Positions 57,551 to 64,000 of a stretch of 64,000 nucleotides of DNA are shown here, in pieces. The stretch is from Ignavibacteria bacterium (GTDB taxonomy: Bacteria; Bacteroidota; Ignavibacteria; Kapaibacteriales; UBA4661): NCBI GenBank assembly GCA_947459425.1, contig CANHDJ010000006.1, positions 19,008 through 83,007 of the forward strand. Direction: 5' to 3'. Under the pieces are notes generated by a model, which saw only the letters and a program-made list of their open reading frames with translations, was not told where the DNA came from and searched no databases. The position numbers and the translations under genes were made by a program. Position 1 is the stretch's first letter, and every line of letters starts with the position of its first letter.

Positions 57551-59197
57551 TCAAACGTAGTATTCACGCGCTTCGGCGGCTGTGGCAAGAATTTGGCGAA
57601 GAGGTGTGGTTTTGCGTTCGGATTTATTTTTCATCCGAAACAGCATAAATGCCCATAAATGCTCAAACGGTAGCACTTCCATCGTTCCGCCTTTGACAAT
57701 ATCGAATGTTCTTGCCGATGATAGCCACACGTAGTATTTCTGCGTTTTGCGCAGCGTTTCGGTCAGTTCAAAATTACAAAAAACGGCATGATTGACCATG
57801 CGCAAAAAGCATTGCAAGCGATAACTCAAGGTTTCCTTTCGTAGGTATTTTTCGTGGTAGCGTATGAGTTCTGCATTATATTTTGCAATTCCTTCAAAAT
57901 CTCCATCCTTGAGCAAGAAGAGTATCTGCCCAATCAACCACGCGCAATTTTTTGCCGCAGTATTTTCCTGATATTCAGGCATTTCAGCAAGAATTTTATT
58001 GACTGAAAAACGAGGTTTGAAGAGGGTGGGACGCTGCGGTATTTCGTCGTCGAGAACAATTCGAGCGTATAATTCGTAGGTCTGCCATATTGACGCTCTT
58101 TCGCCAGCAAAGCGCATAAATGCAGGGGTTTGCAAGACACTCTCCAGAATACCTGCCAATGCGTCATAGTTCTGGCTGTGCATGGCGGTCAAGAAATAAT
58201 ACTCCTGCGCCGTTAGCACTTCCGGCATTTCAGAAGCAGTCACATCGCAGAAGCGCTCCAGTGCTTGCTTCGAGGCAATAAAGTCCTTTGCCGCCAATGC
58301 ATAGTGCAATGCTTCGCCAGCAAACTGTCCCCGCTCTTCCTGCTCTACGCCGTTCGGATACGCCGATAGTTGGCGCTCTGTTTTCTCTAATATTATCAGC
58401 GTTTTTTCGTAAGATTGGCTTGCTTCGGCAAGATACTGTGCGGCTTTCCCAGCGAGGGCGCTCAGGGTGTAGGTCGGGGCGGCATTGGGCAAAGCGCTCA
58501 CAAATTGTTCAATAGCAGTCACCGCAAGGCGGCATCGTTCCTCGTGTTCCGTGCCGAGCAGTGTTTCACGTGCTTTAAAAACTTCAATTTCTGCTATGAG
58601 TGTTTCCGCTTTCATCTCCGCACTAGCACGGTCTAAAGCGGTGTTCAAGAGAGCATCAAACTTTTTCAGCAGCACCATTGAACCTTGTTGCGCATAGAAG
58701 AGGCGAATATGACGATAGGCAAAAATGCAAACATCCGTAAACCCCAGTGTTTCTGCCTCTTCTGCCAATTTTTCCAAACGCTGGACGGCTGTTTCTCGCG
58801 CCCCGGCTTGCCAGAGCGCCCACGTGATAAGCTGTTCTTTCCATGCCGCATATCGCCGTGCGGAACGATGAGAGAAGCGTTCGGTCGAAAGGAAAAAAAA
58901 ACCGTTTTCGATGCGGTCTTTGAGGCGGGATTTGAGCGTAAAATAGCGTGTTGTGGACTTTTGGTCGTGCGAACCATAGAGATCATCAACAACTTCTTCT
59001 TCGGCGTGATGATTGCCTTTGCGGATAATATCAAACAACTTATCGTAGTCTCCGGCAACGGTTTTGCGCGGATAATAAATTGCGTCGTATTTCGCCGGAT
59101 GAATCGTCAAGACACGAACTAAATCCTGAAATGAACGCAACATAATACGATAAAAATAGCGTAAAAAGAAAACGTTTTTTCGCAATACAACGAACAA
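57551..59197 (-). CDS. Hypothetical all-alpha (TPR-like) protein, about 530 to 548 aa
   Basis: Long helical, Ala/Leu/Glu-rich sequence with no P-loop or catalytic motif. A start at 59143 (MLRSFQ) is possible. It is tightly packed (18 and 27 bp gaps) with its neighbours. Confidence 0.45.
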   Translation of the reverse strand: MFVVLRKNVFFLRYFYRIMLRSFQDLVRVLTIHPAKYDAIYYPRKTVAGDYDKLFDIIRKGNHHAEEEVVDDLYGSHDQKSTTRYFTLKSRLKDRIENGFFFLSTERFSHRSARRYAAWKEQLITWALWQAGARETAVQRLEKLAEEAETLGFTDVCIFAYRHIRLFYAQQGSMVLLKKFDALLNTALDRASAEMKAETLIAEIEVFKARETLLGTEHEERCRLAVTAIEQFVSALPNAAPTYTLSALAGKAAQYLAEASQSYEKTLIILEKTERQLSAYPNGVEQEERGQFAGEALHYALAAKDFIASKQALERFCDVTASEMPEVLTAQEYYFLTAMHSQNYDALAGILESVLQTPAFMRFAGERASIWQTYELYARIVLDDEIPQRPTLFKPRFSVNKILAEMPEYQENTAAKNCAWLIGQILFLLKDGDFEGIAKYNAELIRYHEKYLRKETLSYRLQCFLRMVNHAVFCNFELTETLRKTQKYYVWLSSARTFDIVKGGTMEVLPFEHLWAFMLFRMKNKSERKTTPLRQILATAAEAREYYV

Positions 59198-59224
59198 TCT
59201 GTCATCTATTTCATTCAGCGAAAT

Positions 59225-59584
59225 TTATTTCGGGAAATTCCACAAGAAATAGCCTAATGCTCCGGCTCCCGCAAGAATAGCCGCAATCTGAACGTTATAC
59301 ACCCGATTCAGTGTCTGCAATGCCTCAACCAAATGCTCAATATCTCGTGTTTGCGTCGTGGTAATCTTCCGAAAAGCCTGAGCAGCATAAATCGCAAGCG
59401 CACCAAACGCTATTGCCAACCCAGCAACAACCATCGAAAAGAGATTGCCTGTGCGGAAAAATATAATGAACAAGACTCCCAAGCCAACAAGAAAGCAAAT
59501 AACGCCGATAATAGCCAAACGAGTCGCTAAACCTGCAATAATCGCATTTTGCGTTGTATCGAACTCATACCGTTGCCGTACCAT
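59225..59584 (-). CDS. Small membrane protein of 119 aa with about 3 TM helices
   Basis: Three hydrophobic helices: 'LAIIGVICFLVGLGVLFIIFF', 'LFSMVVAGLAIAFGALAIYAA' and 'VQIAAILAGAGALGYFLW'. Confidence 0.5.
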   Translation of the reverse strand: MVRQRYEFDTTQNAIIAGLATRLAIIGVICFLVGLGVLFIIFFRTGNLFSMVVAGLAIAFGALAIYAAQAFRKITTTQTRDIEHLVEALQTLNRVYNVQIAAILAGAGALGYFLWNFPK

Positions 59585-59834
59585 AGAACTATCTCACTTT
59601 CGCGGTAATTTATCACATAAAAAAAATAGAATTACGAGATTCAAGATTACAAAAACCTGTCATTATACGCAAGTCTTTTTGCAAGAATATTTTCACTCAA
59701 GTAACTTACGCAAGCCAAGCGCCATTATCAAGAACTTTCGGAAAAATTCGCCTCGTGCGAATTAGTCAAGGTTTCGTATTTTTGTTATTCACCGAAGCAA
59801 CAATTTTCCCTTTTCAAACAAGATTTGAAGCAGT

Positions 59835-60659
59835 ATGCAGACGATTTTCCCCTACCGAATTTTACTCTACTACAAATACATTCCCATACCTGATTACGAA
59901 AGCTTTGCAGCAGAACACCTTGAATTTTGTGAGCGTCTGGGACTGCTTGGTCGGATCATCGTTGCGGAGGAAGGCATCAACGGGACGGTCTGCGGAACGC
60001 CTGAACAGACCAACGAATATATCCGCGAAATGCGCACCGATTCTCGCTTTGAAGATCTTTGGTTCAAAATTGACGAAGCCCCCGAACAGGCTTTCAAAAA
60101 AATGCACGTCCGTGCAAAAAGCGAGATTGTTACGTGGCGCTTTGACCGCGATATTGACCCCAACGAAATTACGGGACAGCATCTCACGCCGGAGCAGTTC
60201 CAAAGCGCTATGCAGGACGATAACGTGATTATTTTGGACGGGCGCAACGGCTACGAATACGATTTGGGGCATTTCGAGGGCGCAATTCGCCCCGAAGTAG
60301 CTTCATCACGAGAGTTTCCCGAATGGATACGGGAAAATTTAGCGCAACACAAAGACAAAAAAATCCTTACCTACTGCACGGGTGGTATTCGGTGCGAGAA
60401 ACTGAGCGGATTTCTACTCAAAGAAGGCTTTCAGAATGTGGCACAGCTAAACGGTGGCATCGTTAGTTATGCAAAAGACCCCATTGTGCGAGGGAAAGGT
60501 TTTGAAGGGCGCTGCTACGTCTTTGACGAGCGAATATCGGTTCCGGTGGATCAGGACGAAGAATTTCGCGTGGAATACTGCCCCACGTGTGGCAAGCCTG
60601 CGGATAATCGTGTGCATTGCTCGTGGCAGCCGGAGTGCGGGTTTGCGGTAAAACAATAA
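59835..60659 (+). CDS. trhO: Rhodanese-domain tRNA uridine(34) hydroxylase TrhO (UPF0176/YceA family)
   Basis: 'YKYIPIPDYESF', the rhodanese active-site loop 'TYCTGGIRCEK', and the C-terminal Cys cluster 'CPTCGKPADNRVHCSWQPECG'. Confidence 0.88.
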   Translation: MQTIFPYRILLYYKYIPIPDYESFAAEHLEFCERLGLLGRIIVAEEGINGTVCGTPEQTNEYIREMRTDSRFEDLWFKIDEAPEQAFKKMHVRAKSEIVTWRFDRDIDPNEITGQHLTPEQFQSAMQDDNVIILDGRNGYEYDLGHFEGAIRPEVASSREFPEWIRENLAQHKDKKILTYCTGGIRCEKLSGFLLKEGFQNVAQLNGGIVSYAKDPIVRGKGFEGRCYVFDERISVPVDQDEEFRVEYCPTCGKPADNRVHCSWQPECGFAVKQ

Positions 60660-60677
60660 TTTTATGCCCGAAGCGGG

Positions 60678-61199
60678 CTAAACAAAACCAATGGGATTCT
60701 TGGGTTTGGTTTCTTCACGCATGAGTTGTTTGATTGCTTCAAACACGCCCCGAAACTGCCCGTCGTAGCGTTGTTCCAGTACATCCAGGCGTAACGAAAG
60801 TTCGTGATGCGAAGCCAAAATACGACGCAGTTGCACGAACGTTCGCATAATGGCGATATTGACTTCGATGGCGCTATCGCTATTCAGGACACTGGAAAGC
60901 ATTGCTACGCCTAGCTCAGTGAAGGCAAAAGGCATATACCGTGCGCCGCCGCGCTGTTCGTCGGTATCGGGTTTTGAGGTACCAATTTGGTACCTCAAAA
61001 CTTCAAACTCCTCTTTGGTCAGTTCAAACATAAAATCAGGCGGAAAACGCTTGATATTACGTCGTACAGATCGTTTCAAGGCTTTTGTTTCTATACCATA
61101 AAGCGTTGCCAAATCAGAGTCCAGCATTACTTTTTCGCCACGTATACAATGGATGCGCTCGGCGATAATGCCAGGCTTGAATAGAGTGTTTGCAGGCAT
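60678..61199 (-). CDS. ORF6N-domain (KilA-N-like) DNA-binding protein
   Basis: 'IRGEKVMLDSDLATLYGIETKALKRSVRRNIKRFPPDFMFELTKEEFEVL...YMPFAFTELGVAMLSSVLNSDSAIEVNIAIMRTF' matches the ORF6N consensus nearly residue for residue. Confidence 0.85.
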   Translation of the reverse strand: MPANTLFKPGIIAERIHCIRGEKVMLDSDLATLYGIETKALKRSVRRNIKRFPPDFMFELTKEEFEVLRYQIGTSKPDTDEQRGGARYMPFAFTELGVAMLSSVLNSDSAIEVNIAIMRTFVQLRRILASHHELSLRLDVLEQRYDGQFRGVFEAIKQLMREETKPKNPIGFV

Positions 61200-61300
61200 T
61201 TGGAATGCTTGGTAGTGATTTGAATGAGTTTTTTATGACCGTTGATAGTCCATTTTTTGATTCTAAATGATTTTAGTTGGAAAAATTTGTCATGCTGGGG

Positions 61301-61373
61301 CGCAGGTCGGCATCCATTGGAGTCGCATAAAATCGTGCTTTTCGATATGGATACCGACCTGCGTCGGTATGGC
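61301..61373. promoter_or_regulatory. 17-bp inverted repeat (16/17 match) with a 39-bp spacer, upstream of the ORF6N gene and downstream of the DUF1501 gene
   Basis: Left arm cgcaggtcggcatccat at 61301..61317; right arm atggataccgacctgcg at 61357..61373. Confidence 0.45.
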
Positions 61374-61482
61374 GGAGTGATGTTTTACCAGCCAATTGGA
61401 TGTGTTTTCCAACTGAAAGCATTTAGAAACCATTTTTTAACTTCAAAGAGCGGCAAAATACCAAAAACTTTGGAAACAGCAT

Positions 61483-63054
61483 CTATCGCACAACCGTAAG
61501 CATTTGTACAGCGTTGAATCGTAATTGCTCAACGCATACGACATACCGACCACTTGCCCACTGCGAAACATCAAGGATAATCTCTTGTTCCACTTGTGCC
61601 AAGCTCAGAGACCGCTTCACAACAACATTACCCAGCATATCGGTAACAACAAGCCGCATTTGTTTTGTTCTTTGAGGTGATGCCATTTCTCGAATTTTTA
61701 GAACACAAGAGACAAGTATTGATGCGGGATTGGGGAACGGTGGACTAAGCACCAGTGGCACATTGTCCGGGAAATTGTCGTTTGCCAGCGTCGCTGTACC
61801 TTTGATAAGCGGTAACTCTTTAACCAAGTGCGGCAATGCCACAGGTGATATTTCATGCGATTTTGCGCCGAGCCATTGTGCCAAAAGTGAGGCGTAAATT
61901 TGCCGAAAATCATACTGCCAACGCAGGTTGCCACTGCTATCGGGGTTGGAGCAATCCGGCTCATTCCCCAAAATTCCCGCGTTGACCATTTCTCCTACCA
62001 ACATCAGGCTTGATGCGCCTCCATGGTCTGTGCCGCTTTTGGTTGTTTCCAATCGCCTTCCAAATTCGCTAATCGTCAAGACCACGACGCGCTTCGCAAC
62101 ACCAAACGCTTCAATATCCCGTTGAAACGAATAGATGGCTTGCGACAAATCCCGCAGCATATCGGCTTGGTCGGCAAGCTGATTATGATGAAAATCCCAA
62201 AGCGCCGTATTGAGCAGGTATAGACGGGTTTTCAAACCTCCCGCTATCAGCCGCGCTACTTTCGCAAATTGACTCGACCAATCATGCCCTGAGTACGGCA
62301 CTTTGTTGCGCGGAACGGCATTCCAAACCCGCCCTACTTCCGTTAAAAATACATTGGATTGACGGAGCATTTGATTGATAAAATCTACTTCCAACGAGGC
62401 TTTGCGGTATGGCGTAGTCGAATCCGACGGCTTCCCCGGAATAAACGTGGCATCGTTCAGATTCATCCCCAAGGTCGTGTTTTTGCGCCCTGCAAGCGTT
62501 CTTGAAAGGCTACGTCCCATTTCCAGCGCGAATGGAGCCTCTGGTAAGACATTTGGGTAATCGGGAAAACGCTCCTCCAAAAACCTCCCCAGCCAGCCGG
62601 ACTGCTCATAAACACTTGCGTCGCTGGCGGTGAGCCAAATTTCATTGGAACGAAAATGCGATAAATCTTGGTCGGGATAGCCAACATTTTGAATCAACAG
62701 CACTTTGTTCTCTTCGTACAGTTCTTGAATCGGCTTCATGGCAGGATGCAGTCCTGTTGTTGTTGAATTGCTGAGTTTGAGCGCTGCTTCCGGCTTGATG
62801 CTAATGTCGTATTTGTTGTCACGACGGGCTTTGTAGTAATTTTCATCGGTGTACGGCACGACGGTATTCAAACCGTCATTACCGCCGAAAAGTCGCACTA
62901 TCACAAGCACGGTGTTGTCTTTTTCGGTCGTATCGCCATTCAAGAGCGAATCGGGGCAAAGCGCGTGTGCGAAGGCTTGCATATTGCCCAATGTCGGCAG
63001 CGCAAGCCCTGATGCGGCAAGCATCGTTAAAAAGTCTCTTCTGGAATTTTTCAT
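61483..63054 (-). CDS. DUF1501-domain (sulfatase-like) protein with a Tat signal peptide and a T9SS C-terminal sorting domain
   Basis: From the ATG at 63054 the N-terminus is 'MKNSRRDFLTMLAASGLALPTLGNMQAFA', a twin-arginine motif SRRDFL. DUF1501 core motifs 'LTISEFGRR' and 'GTDHGGA' are present. The last ~80 aa '...SGRYVVCVEQLRFNAVQMLTVVR' resemble the CTDs of 25908..29927 and 34151..47389. Confidence 0.78.
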   Translation of the reverse strand: MKNSRRDFLTMLAASGLALPTLGNMQAFAHALCPDSLLNGDTTEKDNTVLVIVRLFGGNDGLNTVVPYTDENYYKARRDNKYDISIKPEAALKLSNSTTTGLHPAMKPIQELYEENKVLLIQNVGYPDQDLSHFRSNEIWLTASDASVYEQSGWLGRFLEERFPDYPNVLPEAPFALEMGRSLSRTLAGRKNTTLGMNLNDATFIPGKPSDSTTPYRKASLEVDFINQMLRQSNVFLTEVGRVWNAVPRNKVPYSGHDWSSQFAKVARLIAGGLKTRLYLLNTALWDFHHNQLADQADMLRDLSQAIYSFQRDIEAFGVAKRVVVLTISEFGRRLETTKSGTDHGGASSLMLVGEMVNAGILGNEPDCSNPDSSGNLRWQYDFRQIYASLLAQWLGAKSHEISPVALPHLVKELPLIKGTATLANDNFPDNVPLVLSPPFPNPASILVSCVLKIREMASPQRTKQMRLVVTDMLGNVVVKRSLSLAQVEQEIILDVSQWASGRYVVCVEQLRFNAVQMLTVVR

Positions 63055-63073
63055 TGGTTTGGATGTTTGGCAA

Positions 63074-64000
63074 TTACAATAATTGAAATTTTGGCATAGA
63101 AACAATCTGCGCAAGACACCTGCGCAAGCGCTCTTCGGGTCTCAACTTTTCCGCATCAATATTCCATTCGTAATCGGCGGCTCCGTTCATCAAGACTTCC
63201 AGCAATATCGCCTGCTCATTCTCGTCGGCAGGAACACTCCATAATGCAGTTGTCAGGGCGCTGATAAGACGCTTGGGATTATTCACGTCAGCAAATTGCT
63301 TGGCAAAGGCAAGAATATTCACGGAATATCGCGGCTCCCACTCATTCCGAAAGCGCATCGTGCCGAGCATCATACGTGTTGCAAGTTTCAGTCGTGCTGC
63401 CAATGACGAGGATGTAAGCCAGTGGCGACCATCATTCCAGCCAGCAACACTCGGCGGAAAACACAAAAAATGTCCAAGTTCCTCCATGCGCAAAAGCATA
63501 TCATTTTTGTTGAAACGCCCGGCAAGCGTGTCGGATGCTTCAAAGTCGGAGATATTGCTTACCTCAAACGTCCGCAATAACCCAAGAAAAAAATCAGCGC
63601 CTGATTTTGGCAAACACCCGATATTTGCTTGCGCGAAGAACTCTTCACTCGTCAGTAAATCTCGAATAACAGGAGCAATTTCCCAATCGGAATTGATAAA
63701 TACTTTTGCCATATCACGGATAATAGCGAGACTTTCGGGCGTTTCTTGCTCATCGGCAACAACAAACCAACGGTACAGTTTTCGGCACATAAAGTAGGCT
63801 ATCTGCTCGCTGCGCTGCTCGAAAAGAATATCAACAATATCCATCGCCTTCCACGCCCCGGTTTTTCCGAATACGGTCTTATTGCCACTATCCCATCGCC
63901 AAGGATGAAAAACGCTTTGGATTCCCCAATACCCCTCTCTACTTCCCTGCTCCATTTTCCAACCAGTCAAAGCGCGGGCTATTTCGCGCACATCGGTTTG
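63074..64000 (-). CDS. DUF1800-domain protein, C-terminal 309 codons only; the N-terminus is beyond the window end
   Basis: The frame stays open to position 64000 and the track's 'start' is an internal GTG. It is the usual upstream partner of DUF1501 proteins. The stop lies 20 bp before the DUF1501 start. Confidence 0.7.
   Translation of the reverse strand, partial: QTDVREIARALTGWKMEQGSREGYWGIQSVFHPWRWDSGNKTVFGKTGAWKAMDIVDILFEQRSEQIAYFMCRKLYRWFVVADEQETPESLAIIRDMAKVFINSDWEIAPVIRDLLTSEEFFAQANIGCLPKSGADFFLGLLRTFEVSNISDFEASDTLAGRFNKNDMLLRMEELGHFLCFPPSVAGWNDGRHWLTSSSLAARLKLATRMMLGTMRFRNEWEPRYSVNILAFAKQFADVNNPKRLISALTTALWSVPADENEQAILLEVLMNGAADYEWNIDAEKLRPEERLRRCLAQIVSMPKFQLL

Noticed and set aside
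60678-61199. ORF6N gene as evidence of a prophage or integrative element
   Set aside because: No integrase, transposase, tRNA target, terminal direct repeats or phage structural genes occur within the window. A single ORF6N gene is common as a stand-alone chromosomal gene in FCB genomes.
1-64000. Search for tRNA, rRNA and other structured RNA genes
   Set aside because: No T-loop (GGTTCGAATCC-like) motifs with cloverleaf context and no rRNA-like stretches were seen in any intergenic spacer. The spacers are short and explained by promoters, terminators or the repeat family.

Overview
This 64 kb window is from an FCB-group bacterium (Bacteroidota/Ignavibacteriota/Chlorobiota-like). Three proteins end in a Por/T9SS-type C-terminal sorting domain, and the ECF-sigma, OmpA, ORF6N and DUF1501/DUF1800 content fits that group. 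GC is about 55%.

Cell-surface genes dominate. There are two very large paralogous secreted proteins. One is a 4,412-aa ORF at 34151..47389 (-). The other is a >4,100-aa gene on the minus strand starting at 12439 and running off the left edge. The second gene is absent from the supplied ORF track. As written it is interrupted by a compensating -1/+1 frameshift pair inside its LRR module.

Other surface genes are a 1,339-aa Ig-repeat T9SS cargo protein and two tandem porin-like OmpA paralogs with proline-rich linkers. An ECF sigma / anti-sigma / TIG-lipoprotein operon is also present, and its anti-sigma carries an outer-membrane beta-barrel-like C-terminal domain.

A housekeeping operon runs tadA, a DUF1640-like gene, rsmI, tmk, a TrmH-family methyltransferase and an MqnA-like gene. 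A membrane PP2C phosphatase sits divergent from a NIT-domain chemoreceptor. A SigJ-like ECF sigma, a creatininase-family gene and three unknown genes form one minus-strand block. trhO, an ORF6N gene and a DUF1800/DUF1501 pair complete the right end; the DUF1501 protein combines a Tat signal with a T9SS C-terminal domain.

Non-coding structure includes a family of intergenic repeats at three loci (a 2x100 bp direct repeat, a 3x~70 bp tandem array and a single hairpin copy), all upstream of surface or glycosylation genes. There are also several strong hairpin terminators and a 17-bp inverted repeat upstream of the ORF6N gene. I found no rRNA or tRNA, no CRISPR array, and no integrase or transposase.
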